Source: Candidatus Saccharimonadota bacterium
GTDB lineage: Bacteria > Patescibacteriota > Saccharimonadia > Saccharimonadales > AQU-01
DNA length: 64,000 nt
Assembly (NCBI GenBank): GCA_037137935.1
Contig: JBAXJI010000001.1
Span: forward strand, 1,771-65,770
Reading direction: 5' to 3'
How positions within the stretch are numbered: the stretch's first letter is position 1; each line of letters opens with the position of its first letter. Below, piece after piece: positions 29,509 through 38,284 of this stretch. The position numbers and the translations under genes are program-made. Below the pieces are notes generated by a model, which worked only from the letters and a program-made list of their open reading frames with translations, was not told where the DNA came from and searched no databases.

Positions 29509-31119
29509 AATTGTTTTATTATCTTCAGTTCGTACGGCTTTTTCGGTAACGTCAAACTTATCTAAATACTTGCCAAACATTAATCTAGTCTGTGAGTATA
29601 GCGCCGATGCGCCACTGTAAACTATGGTTGTGACTGGCAAATACACCCATTGAATAATCATAAAGAAGGTTCGTCGCCTCTTATAGCGAGCTGGTTTTGG
29701 CGGCAAAATCTTAAGACTAAAATATAACGTGACGAAAATTCCAGCCAGGGCGATAGTCTCTATACGACTAGCGGTGATTGGTAGCAAATTAGAGCTTAGA
29801 TCTTTGGGATTAAATAAGGCTGGTATCAAGGCTCCAAAAGCTATCAACAGAGCTGATGTCGCCCAAGAAACGTGGCCTTCCATTAGACGCAGCCACTTTG
29901 CCCAAACGTCAAACCTAGAGATAGTGTTGGGAGTAAAGAAGCCCTTCTCTGCCACATAAGCGATGTCGGACGCACCCCACGCCCAGCGACGCATTTGTAT
30001 AAATTGAGCCTTCAGCGTCTTCCAATAACCACCTGCAAAAACAGCATCCTGAAATATTGGCAAAAAGATTGGATAAACTTCGTGTTTACCTTCGTAGCGG
30101 AAGTATGTTCGCCAGAACTGGTGGCCATCCTCTACGATAGTACGAACACTCCAGTAGTCAGTATCGATGAGTGTTTGCATGCTCTGAGCGTGTGCAGAAA
30201 AGTTGCGCAAAATATGTGGTCGAAGCATCATTAAGGTCATCCAAAACGAGTTGCCTGTTGCTACTACGCGCATCGGCGCTGGCGCATCCCATATATTATT
30301 AGTAAAAATAGGAATAGGCTGGAAAGAAATATATTGTGGTTCTGGACAGATACAGTAAGTATAAGAAACCGACGCCAAGTACCAAGGATGAGGTCGATTA
30401 TCTGAGTCAAGAGTCGTAACAACTACACGAATAGGGTCAATGGCGCGTGCCTTTAAATATTTTTCTAGTTCACGGCCTGCAAAAGTGATATTGCCGCCCT
30501 TCCCTCTGACTTCGCCGGGCATATTATCGGGATGCTTAACGGCCAAAGCGCCCATAAACTTATCTTTATAATCAGCAACTAATTGATTGGCTCTAACTTC
30601 GGTATCTGGTCCTCCCCTCTCTTCAAAAGCTAAGACTAATATAACTTTACTCATGTCATATTTAGAATCTAAAACAGCCTGAATAGTCGGCTCGAGCACT
30701 TCTCGACTCTCTTTGTATGTAGCAATGATAATAGCGTGTATTAAATCACTGGGTTTTACTGGCGCCGGCGCTATAGCTAATCTGTCTATGTTGCGTTTAT
30801 GCCAATCTGGATACATTTTTTGACTATGATGAATCTTGCCCGCTTCGAGGTCGTCAATCATATCTGTCCAGTTTAGCTTCTTATAAAGCTCCATTTTCTT
30901 ATAGCCCTGAATAGCTCGAACATCCATGCCGATAGACTTTACAAACCAAAGCAACAGATATGCAATTATAAAAAATATAACTACTTTTGGCACGAAAGTG
31001 CTTAAAACAAATGGCAGAATCAGAACCGACCAACTAGTAGCACCTGGCAGTATCTCGAAGAATCTATAGCGACGGCCACGATCTTTTTCGTATGGAATCT
31101 CTATATCTTTTACGTTCAT
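29503..31119 (-). CDS. Family 2 glycosyltransferase, membrane-bound
   Basis: IIATYKE, GKGGN, TLDSD, VEDG, QMRRWAWG; multiple TM helices. Confidence 0.9.
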   Translation of the reverse strand: MNVKDIEIPYEKDRGRRYRFFEILPGATSWSVLILPFVLSTFVPKVVIFFIIAYLLLWFVKSIGMDVRAIQGYKKMELYKKLNWTDMIDDLEAGKIHHSQKMYPDWHKRNIDRLAIAPAPVKPSDLIHAIIIATYKESREVLEPTIQAVLDSKYDMSKVILVLAFEERGGPDTEVRANQLVADYKDKFMGALAVKHPDNMPGEVRGKGGNITFAGRELEKYLKARAIDPIRVVVTTLDSDNRPHPWYLASVSYTYCICPEPQYISFQPIPIFTNNIWDAPAPMRVVATGNSFWMTLMMLRPHILRNFSAHAQSMQTLIDTDYWSVRTIVEDGHQFWRTYFRYEGKHEVYPIFLPIFQDAVFAGGYWKTLKAQFIQMRRWAWGASDIAYVAEKGFFTPNTISRFDVWAKWLRLMEGHVSWATSALLIAFGALIPALFNPKDLSSNLLPITASRIETIALAGIFVTLYFSLKILPPKPARYKRRRTFFMIIQWVYLPVTTIVYSGASALYSQTRLMFGKYLDKFDVTEKAVRTEDNKTIL

Positions 31120-31128
31120 TTGTACCTT

Positions 31129-31488
31129 TTAACCCTGCACAAGCAAGGCGTTACTAACAATAACTGCGGCAGAAGTCAGGATTAGTCCGAGACCAAGTAC
31201 AGCAACAGCATACTGGCGATGATGCTTATAGATTCGATAACTTAGCAAAGTAGTAATTAACAATGTGGCAACCATGAATAGCGCAAAGGCTTGGATCTCG
31301 TATGCGCTACCCATTTTGAAGGCACTAATACCTAAGTTGGCACGCCATTCTACTGTATAACTTTGACTACGACCACTGTCGATACGCAACAAAGTCATCA
31401 TTCCACCAAGTAGCGTCAAGAAACTACTAATACTGATAATCAGTAGTACTGTCCTGTCGTGAAAATATTTTTGCTCTAAGCTAGCCAT
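31129..31488 (-). CDS. Hypothetical 3-TM membrane protein
   Basis: Hydrophobic ORF directly upstream of the GT2 gene. Confidence 0.7.
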   Translation of the reverse strand: MASLEQKYFHDRTVLLIISISSFLTLLGGMMTLLRIDSGRSQSYTVEWRANLGISAFKMGSAYEIQAFALFMVATLLITTLLSYRIYKHHRQYAVAVLGLGLILTSAAVIVSNALLVQG

Positions 31489-31546
31489 TACACTATATTC
31501 TACACTGTTTTATAGGCTGAGTAGAAATAATTTATCCACTTGCCCG

Positions 31547-31852
31547 CTAACTCTGCTTCGACTGAGTCTGATTACGACGAGCTTGAGTACTTAGCGCTTC
31601 AAAAGTTAGCGCCATAGTCTCGCTCATCAAACGGCGCACTGATATATCCTCACTAGAAGACATAATAAAACCACCAAGAACTCTCAAAAGTTCTGGTTGA
31701 GTATCGCGCATACCTTCGTGAGACAGTTTAATCAATGCTGGCAAATCAGAGTTCATGCCTTCAAAAATCTCCACAGCAACAGGAGCTTCCACTATTGGAA
31801 GATGATGTGGTCTAGGATGATTAGTCGGGCGCTCTTGAGGATTAGGCAACAT
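31547..31852 (-). CDS. Hypothetical protein (array cassette 7, most distal)
   Basis: Own promoter TTGACC-18-TATTAT about 8 nt before ATG. Confidence 0.65.
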   Translation of the reverse strand: MLPNPQERPTNHPRPHHLPIVEAPVAVEIFEGMNSDLPALIKLSHEGMRDTQPELLRVLGGFIMSSSEDISVRRLMSETMALTFEALSTQARRNQTQSKQS

Positions 31853-31915
31853 ATTACATAAATAATATCACCTTAATACTATAAGGGTCAAGATTATGCT
31901 TTAGTAGTATTATTT

Positions 31916-31938
31916 GCGGGGCTCGAGCGGATAGCGTT
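31916..31938 (-). repeat. tRNA-Asp-derived array repeat R7 (highly degenerate)
   Basis: gcggggctcgagcggatagcgt versus consensus ggcgggctcgaccggatagcgt. Confidence 0.7.
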
Positions 31939-32010
31939 AAGTAAACTTTCGCAACCTCAAAACTAGTCTTGAGGTTGGTTTTAACATCAACATAATTTAG
32001 AAGTATGGGC

Positions 32011-32775
32011 CTATTTTATTACTGAGGGAGTTATACCGGCAATATCTTCTTTATCTAAATGTGATCCTTGTTCCTTCAATTTTAGGGCTTGGGCAATACG
32101 GTTATAAGCCACAACTCGCGCCATCTTATCTTCTAGTGCCTCCACAGATGACAATATAGTCTCAATATCTTCAGTACCTGTTAGCGTCTCGCTAACCAGT
32201 GCATCTATCGTTTGTTCGTCCTCTTCCCCGACCTGCACAACAAACATCGGGGTATCTAGATCAGCCTCAGGGCGTTCTTCAGAAAAACGGGTCTGCATAT
32301 GCTCTATTAATGCATCTTTCGATATCTTCTCGTCATCAATCCCTTCCAAAAGCTCCATAAGATACCCTTCAGCACCAATTTTACGTGCTGTATCACAAAG
32401 CTTGTCTATGCTATTCAATGCGACTTTTTCGGCAGGATCACGATATTTACGACCATAACTGCCCATTGAATCAGCATTTAAGATATTGCCTTTTACGGCT
32501 TGTAATTGGGCATCTAGGTACTTTGGGTCACCAGAAACCAACGCTAAGACACGAGCGGCGTTTGATTGGCCATGATCCAATCTTTCGTGAAGTTCGCTCG
32601 ATGCACGTTCATTTCCGTTTACGACTAAATATCCCAAGATCTCATTGCCACCAGGTTCGTAATCTTTTTCCGAAATACTATGCACGGCAAGCCATTCGGC
32701 ATTATCAATAGGGTTCATAGGCTCTGCTAGAGCTTCATCTAGTGGTTTTTCTTGACTATCTGTAATACTTTCCAT
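32011..32775 (-). CDS. Hypothetical acidic helical protein (cassette 6)
   Basis: Own promoter TTGACT-16-TATTAT 7 nt before ATG. Confidence 0.7.
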   Translation of the reverse strand: MESITDSQEKPLDEALAEPMNPIDNAEWLAVHSISEKDYEPGGNEILGYLVVNGNERASSELHERLDHGQSNAARVLALVSGDPKYLDAQLQAVKGNILNADSMGSYGRKYRDPAEKVALNSIDKLCDTARKIGAEGYLMELLEGIDDEKISKDALIEHMQTRFSEERPEADLDTPMFVVQVGEEDEQTIDALVSETLTGTEDIETILSSVEALEDKMARVVAYNRIAQALKLKEQGSHLDKEDIAGITPSVIK

Positions 32776-32816
32776 GAGGTAAATAATAGCACTACCTTAA
32801 TAAAAGTCAAAACAAT

Positions 32817-32873
32817 GCTCGACCGGATAGCGTCGGGCTTGCTCGCAGGCTAACCAGCCTGCGGCTTCCGCAA
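32817..32873 (-). repeat. Array repeat R6 (truncated)
   Basis: gctcgaccggatagcgtcgggcttgctcgcaggctaaccagcctgcggcttccgca. Confidence 0.9.
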
Positions 32874-32910
32874 AAGCATCCTAGGTCGCAAATGTTTTTA
32901 GTAAGTTACA

Positions 32911-34101
32911 TTAGAATTTATTCTTGTAGCAGAGCTCACCAGCGTCATGACGATTATAACTCTCATAAGCTGAGTAGCCATCAGTATCAATATTATTGAC
33001 CGAATAGTATGCGACATTAAAGTCTTTACTTTTCTTCTTGTAGTCCACACATAGTTTGTAATAGTAATTGTAAACAGGAACTTGTGGATTAGTGTCGTTA
33101 AATATTCTATAGGTATTAGTAGTACTAGAGGTATTAGTAGTACTAGTTATTTTGGATGGAGTGCCGTTACTATTTGGAGTATAACGCACCAGATTTCTGT
33201 CTATAATACTCTTCACATCACCTTGAGCATCCATTTGGCTCAATGTTTCAGGCAGTTTATTATTTTTACGTATGTAGACTTTTATTGCGGCATCGACACC
33301 CGTAAGATTTGATTCTAATAATTTATCATCACGCGTTAACCTAGCATTTGCCATTGGGCCAAAAATTCCTAATAAACAGATGATACCGACTGTTACCGCA
33401 ATAAATATCAAAAATGCCCGACGAACCCAAGGGAATTTGACTGGATTTAGTGTTCTCAAAAACACTGAAGCATAAATGACGGCAATGATTATCGAACTAA
33501 ACAGTGTAATTTGGGCGCCTGTTTTGTCGCCGCTAGACGTAAACATCTGAACCATAGAGAATGCTGCGCCAATTATCGCTCCAATACCAAATAGTGCAAA
33601 TATAACTGCGTGAATAATCATGACCGCCATGGCAGCACCAGTTTTCTTGACCTCTTCACGTTTGGTGAATAGTACATCGCAAATTACCGATATTGGAAGC
33701 AGCACGAGTACTGCAGCGATACCGTAAGGCGTGAAGCCGTCAGTACTCACATCTCCAATAAAAGTGGCAATAATAGTACTAACAAGTACGGATAGCGCCA
33801 ATACTGTCCATCCCCAAAAAGCATACGTAAGCCATTCGAGCACAATAATTCCTGCACCTGCAGATTCCTTTGCGAGAACTTGCTGAGGAACGTTTGTGGC
33901 AGACTGCTGGCTTGATAAGCCTTGCGATGGCTGCGCTACTAGTGGTTGAGGCGTCGCGATCGGGCTACTTACTGGTGCTACAACTTCAGCTGCTTGGTAG
34001 CTATTTAGAGTTTCGATTGATGGCGCGGGATTTGTCTGGTCAATATTAGGCGGCGCGGCAGGTTCTAGCGAATGAGGAATCGGATTTATGTCCATAAGCA
34101 C
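32911..34101 (-). CDS. Hypothetical multi-TM membrane protein (cassette 5)
   Basis: Pro/Gln-rich N-terminus, five TM helices, pilin-like C-terminal region with a CVDY..LCY pair. Confidence 0.75.
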   Translation of the reverse strand: MLMDINPIPHSLEPAAPPNIDQTNPAPSIETLNSYQAAEVVAPVSSPIATPQPLVAQPSQGLSSQQSATNVPQQVLAKESAGAGIIVLEWLTYAFWGWTVLALSVLVSTIIATFIGDVSTDGFTPYGIAAVLVLLPISVICDVLFTKREEVKKTGAAMAVMIIHAVIFALFGIGAIIGAAFSMVQMFTSSGDKTGAQITLFSSIIIAVIYASVFLRTLNPVKFPWVRRAFLIFIAVTVGIICLLGIFGPMANARLTRDDKLLESNLTGVDAAIKVYIRKNNKLPETLSQMDAQGDVKSIIDRNLVRYTPNSNGTPSKITSTTNTSSTTNTYRIFNDTNPQVPVYNYYYKLCVDYKKKSKDFNVAYYSVNNIDTDGYSAYESYNRHDAGELCYKNKF

Positions 34102-34190
34102 AAGTATAATACACCTTAGGTTAAATAGACATTACATTAATTTTAAAACTTACCAAATCCAGAAACAATATTCAGGTCGTAAATACCTGC

Positions 34191-34302
34191 CCGGATAGCG
34201 TCTGGCCTATGGCGCCGGCTAACCAGCCTGCGGCTTCCGCAAATTAGCTTAAGCCCCAACCGCCGGTTCAGCCTTTTTAGAAACTCGACCGGATAGCGTC
34301 GG
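34191..34302 (-). repeat. Array repeat R5 (one near-full and one truncated copy)
   Basis: ccggatagcgtctggcc...gctaaccagcctgcggcttccgca...ccggttcag, then ttagaaactcgaccggatagcgtcgg. Confidence 0.9.
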
Positions 34303-34347
34303 TAGCTATTTTTTAGTCAACTCTCACACAATAGTCTTAGATGCAAT

Positions 34348-34824
34348 TTAGCTTCCAAACACCTGTTGTGCAATCACTACTTGATAAATATCTTTTTTTT
34401 GTTCAGCAGGAGGCAATTGGTCGAACGGAACATCAAGTTCACCGCCCTTAGCCCACTCGTTACGTGACATCCATGCGTCGTGAATAATAGAACCCACACT
34501 ACTGCGTTGTTCAGGGTTTTTAAGATCAATTTGAGCGTCTTTGTCCATCATCATACCTACCACAACTTCAGACGCGGCCTTGTTTTCTGCCTGCCAATCA
34601 CTAGGTAAGCTGTCGTATGCTGTATTTGCAATATCTACTTGGTCAGTACCATTTGCCGCAATCCATGCTTCATCCTTAGTGGACTTAACTCTAGGCTCAA
34701 ACGATCCATCTTCCTGTAGACGTGTTTTACGCCAATCTTCGTGCAAGGCCCCTGCTAGCTTATAAACTGCTGCTGCAACTACTTCTAACGGATCTGCACT
34801 TTGTGGTTCTTTTTCATCATTCAT
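34348..34824 (-). CDS. RyR-repeat-like protein (cassette 4)
   Basis: Two repeats, LHEDWRKTR..YDSLPSDWQAENK and IHDAWMSRN..VPFDQLPPAEQKKD, resembling the RyR domain pattern. Confidence 0.6.
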   Translation of the reverse strand: MNDEKEPQSADPLEVVAAAVYKLAGALHEDWRKTRLQEDGSFEPRVKSTKDEAWIAANGTDQVDIANTAYDSLPSDWQAENKAASEVVVGMMMDKDAQIDLKNPEQRSSVGSIIHDAWMSRNEWAKGGELDVPFDQLPPAEQKKDIYQVVIAQQVFGS

Positions 34825-34917
34825 CTTATGAATTTTCCTCTATGGTTAATTTTATTAAACTTAGTCTAATATTAGCCTAATGCTTATGTATTTCAAATCC
34901 CAGTGTTTGATGTGAGT

Positions 34918-35087
34918 TCGACCAGATAGCGTCTGGCCTTCGGCGCAGGCTAACCAGCCTGCGGCTTCCGCATATTAGCGGAACCGCAGCCGCCAGTTCA
35001 AATCACTGGCGACCCTGCCCAAAGTAAAAGACCAGTCATTCGACTGGTCTTTTACTTTGGCGGGCCGTAGCGGGAGCTGTCCGGAAC
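34918..35087 (-). repeat. Array repeat R4 with terminator hairpin and CCCGCCA-ending pseudo-tRNA end
   Basis: tcgaccagatagcgtctggcc...ccagttcaaatc; ccaaagtaaaagaccagtc/gactggtcttttactttgg; tggcgggccgtagcgggagctgtccggaact. Confidence 0.9.
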
Positions 35088-35410
35088 TACTTCTCAGGTT
35101 CTGTACTAGAGAAAGAAGCGTTCAATGCGTCAGCGCCTGCCTGGCGTTCTAATAGAACCAGTGTTCCCACTAGCACTTCAAACATTGGTTGATGAAGCTC
35201 GCTAGGGTACTTGCCGACTTGCATTTCAATAAAAGCAACGAGATTAGGGTTGGTTGCCATAACCTTATTTTGCATCTCAGTTAATCGTTCACCCCAAGCC
35301 TGACCATCACCGTTATTATTTGTATACTGACTTTTTAGGGCTTCTAATGTTTCGCCAGATATAACTGGGATACTAGCCTCGTCTGATGGCTGTTTTTCAG
35401 AATTATCCAC
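35087..35410 (-). CDS. Hypothetical protein (cassette 3, second gene)
   Basis: 107 aa, overlaps the upstream gene; weakly similar in layout to 31547-31852. Confidence 0.65.
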   Translation of the reverse strand: MDNSEKQPSDEASIPVISGETLEALKSQYTNNNGDGQAWGERLTEMQNKVMATNPNLVAFIEMQVGKYPSELHQPMFEVLVGTLVLLERQAGADALNASFSSTEPEK

Positions 35411-36113
35411 GGCTAACTACCCCTTTCAAAAGACTTTTGACAGTGCGCTTAGGTGGAATGGCTTGCGAGATTTCTGGCGTACCAGAACCAAGCTGAACGG
35501 TACCGTCAGACATTCGACGACGGATATCTACAGCCATTTCCTTGGCTTCGGCAATCTGTTCTTCACTCATACCACGCTGACGTTGAGCTTCAACAATGTC
35601 TCCGATATTCCAAGCAGGCAAACCACGAGCAAAAGCTACAGCAAGCTGGTGAGTATTGAGGCCTTGCAACGTACCAGCCTTGTTGGCTACAAGATGATGG
35701 TCGTGTGACACGGCGGCGTCTATAAGGGTTCCTGAAAGCTGAACACCACGACTGCCAGCTTCTTCAATATCTTGAACTGGTTCATACCACATCTCCCAAT
35801 CCTTTGGCACTTGACCGCTAAAGTGCTGCTTCCAGGCAAGCTCCCAACGCTTCGAAACAATGTCACGACTAAGTGAGCCACGGGTTCGGTCCTCATCCCA
35901 ATGCGGGTTGTTCTTGTACCATTCAGCTCTACTCGCAATATCATCTTCAGCAACAGAGTGTTCTGTTGACGGATCAAATATGTATACGCCATCCGTAAAC
36001 ATACTGCGCTCTAAATCGCTAACATTAGGATTGGCAAGAGTTTCTTTTACTGGCGAGGCCAGAACTAGCTCTAGGTTTTCTGATTTAGGTTTTTGTGTTT
36101 CAGGCAATGTCAT
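35403..36113 (-). CDS. Hypothetical protein (cassette 3, first gene)
   Basis: The ORF-track TTG start at 36149 is the -35 box of TTGACA-17-TAGTAT; an ATG 7 nt after the -10 box is at 36113. Confidence 0.7.
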   Translation of the reverse strand: MTLPETQKPKSENLELVLASPVKETLANPNVSDLERSMFTDGVYIFDPSTEHSVAEDDIASRAEWYKNNPHWDEDRTRGSLSRDIVSKRWELAWKQHFSGQVPKDWEMWYEPVQDIEEAGSRGVQLSGTLIDAAVSHDHHLVANKAGTLQGLNTHQLAVAFARGLPAWNIGDIVEAQRQRGMSEEQIAEAKEMAVDIRRRMSDGTVQLGSGTPEISQAIPPKRTVKSLLKGVVSRG

Positions 36114-36155
36114 AGTTTGTATACTAGCATAAGCTTGTTGATTTGTCAATCTGAT

Positions 36156-36404
36156 GCGCGCCGGCTAACCAGCCTGCGGCTTCCGCAAAGTTAGCCTAAG
36201 CCGCAGCCGCCGGTTCAGTATTCTTAGAAACTCGACCGGATAGCGTCGGGCTAGCGCGCCGGCTAACCAGCCTGCGGCTTCCGCAAAATAGCGGAACCGC
36301 AGCCGCCGGTTCAAATCCGAAGAGACGCGTGCAAGAAAAAAGCCCCAAACCCTTCGGGGTTGAGACTTTTATCTTGGCGGGGCATGGAGTCGGATTTTAG
36401 AACT
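36156..36404 (-). repeat. Array repeat R3 (two tandem copies, terminator and CCCGCCA-ending pseudo-tRNA end)
   Basis: Two copies of gcgcgccggctaaccagcctgcggcttccgca...gccgccggttca; junction ttagaaactcgaccggatagcgtcgg as in R5. Confidence 0.9.
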
Positions 36405-36439
36405 AAATTGTTAGAAAATTAGTCATCTTCACTGTGAGT

Positions 36440-37372
36440 TTATTTGAAGCTATCTGGATCTTCATATATACCAAGCTTTTCAAGCTCTTTTCTAGCTTCT
36501 ACTGGATCGACTATTTCCTCTACAATCCTACGTGCTAAACGATTAAACCATTCTTTTGTGCGTTCACTAAGTTCTAGCTTGTATACTCCTTGCTCTACAA
36601 GCGCTTCAGTAATCATAGTTCTCGTTATTTTACTAAGCAGTGGGGTCATGTCAGACGGCACGTCTAAAGAACTTTCTTCTTTAAAATTATTTTCCCTGCG
36701 CTCTTGTGTAATATCTGATTCTGTTAAAATTGGGTACTCGTCGCTTACGGCATTCGGGGCATTTATGTTGTTTAAGGCTCCAGATCGAATATGAACAGTA
36801 ATAGATAAATCAAATGGTCGACGGCTATCTTCTGATGGCTTCTCGGCGAATAATTCATATCTTATTCCGTTTAAAGAATTGCTATCGGCGTACACCTCCA
36901 CCCAAGAGAAATCTGGGTGATCGACCTCTCCAGAATAGCTGATGAATCTACCACTATGATTGCCGTAAATTGCATCTTGAAGGTCTTGAACGTAGAATAA
37001 TCGTTCCAATTCATCTGTTCTGTGCTTCATTGCATCTAAGGTTGTAGGTTCGGGATCGGCAAAGTTTGAACTAATAGGCCATATACTTCGTACAAGATCA
37101 CGCCCAGTTAAACCGTCTTTTGAATTTCGCTCAAGACGACTGACAAGTCCTTCACGTACTGCTGCAATGGCCTCGTCTGAACCACCAACTAAACCAGCTG
37201 ATCTGAATGTATGTGATTCTGGTTCAAACAGTCTGCCCATGACTTCATCTACGCTGGCAGGTAAATCTACGTCAATGTTTTCGGGACTCGACTGACTAAT
37301 TGCATTGAGCCTAGACTCGATGCTAAGTGGAGCTTGATCTTGATCGGGGTTCGAGTCGTTGGGTACGCTCAT
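36440..37372 (-). CDS. Hypothetical acidic protein (cassette 2)
   Basis: 310 aa; own promoter TTGACA-17-TAAGAT. Confidence 0.72.
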   Translation of the reverse strand: MSVPNDSNPDQDQAPLSIESRLNAISQSSPENIDVDLPASVDEVMGRLFEPESHTFRSAGLVGGSDEAIAAVREGLVSRLERNSKDGLTGRDLVRSIWPISSNFADPEPTTLDAMKHRTDELERLFYVQDLQDAIYGNHSGRFISYSGEVDHPDFSWVEVYADSNSLNGIRYELFAEKPSEDSRRPFDLSITVHIRSGALNNINAPNAVSDEYPILTESDITQERRENNFKEESSLDVPSDMTPLLSKITRTMITEALVEQGVYKLELSERTKEWFNRLARRIVEEIVDPVEARKELEKLGIYEDPDSFK

Positions 37373-37504
37373 TTTTACCTTTTTTATTTTTTAATTTAAT
37401 TATTAGTCTAGTTATTATCTTAGCATTAAAGTTTGTATATGTCAAGTACGTGTGGTTGTTAGGAGACAAGAAGAAAAACACTTCTTAAAAGAAGTGCTTA
37501 TGCT

Positions 37505-37600
37505 TGGCGGGCTCGACCGGATAGCGTCTGGCTTGCTCGCAGGCTAACCAGCCTGCGGCTTCCGCATATTAGCTTAAGCCGCAGCCACCGGTTCAAATCG
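37505..37600 (-). repeat. Array repeat R2 (complete)
   Basis: tggcgggctcgaccggat (18 bp tRNA-Asp 3' end), two hairpins, then ccggttcaaatc. Confidence 0.95.
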
Positions 37601-37670
37601 CTGGCGACCCTGTCCACAACAAAATAACCGCCCATAATGTGAGCGGTTATTAAGTTGAGGAATCTGGTTA

Positions 37671-37994
37671 CTAGAGACCTTTGACTTTGTCGTAAATCTC
37701 AGCAGCCTGTCCAGCCTGATTGTCAGCTTCTGTCCGTGCAGCCTGTGCTTGCTCGGCTTGCTGAGTAGATGCGCGTACTGGACCTCTGTTTTCAATATCT
37801 CGGAATCTCGTATTGCCGATATTGCTTGCGGCTTCTAAGGCAAGACCACGGGCATGAACAACTGCTTCTTCTGCAGCCTTAGAGGCATAAGCCATAATCT
37901 CAGCTTTATGTGGGTCTACTACGGCGTTAGGGTGTTCCTGCAGGTAGTCTACTGGCTGTTCTGGCTGTTGAGAAATTGGTTCTTGTTCGCTCAT
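37671..37994 (-). CDS. Hypothetical Ala/Gln-rich helical protein (cassette 1)
   Basis: Own promoter TTGACA-17-TAGTAT and AAGGA SD. Confidence 0.7.
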   Translation of the reverse strand: MSEQEPISQQPEQPVDYLQEHPNAVVDPHKAEIMAYASKAAEEAVVHARGLALEAASNIGNTRFRDIENRGPVRASTQQAEQAQAARTEADNQAGQAAEIYDKVKGL

Positions 37995-38133
37995 TGTTAT
38001 AATTCCTTACTTAAATTATTATTTATTATTTGTTTTAGGTTATTGAACCTTAGCAACATACTAGCATGACCATGTTGATTTGTCAATAATTCTTAGCGCT
38101 TACAAGAAGCACATCTTTCAGAATTATTATGCT

Positions 38134-38230
38134 TGGCGGGCTCGACCGGATAGCGTCTGGCCTCTGGCGCAGGCTAACCGGGCCGTGACCTCGGCAAAAT
38201 TAGCCGAGTCACTTGCGCCGGTTCAAATCG
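38134..38230 (-). repeat. Array repeat R1 (complete, tRNA-proximal)
   Basis: tggcgggctcgaccggat-agcgtctggcc...gctaaccgg...cgccggttcaaatc. Confidence 0.95.
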
Positions 38231-38284
38231 CAAGTCAAAGACTTGCCCAAACAAAAAGCCCCATCAAAGATGGGACATTTTGTT

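Noticed and set aside
31916-38230. CRISPR array interpretation of the recurring repeat
   Set aside because: Spacers are 0.5-1.3 kb whole genes, repeats are ~95 bp and tRNA-derived, and no cas genes are present.
31916-38230. Classical integron with attC sites
   Set aside because: No IntI-type integrase is adjacent, no consistent RYYYAAC...GTTRRRY ends are seen, and the cassettes have their own promoters.
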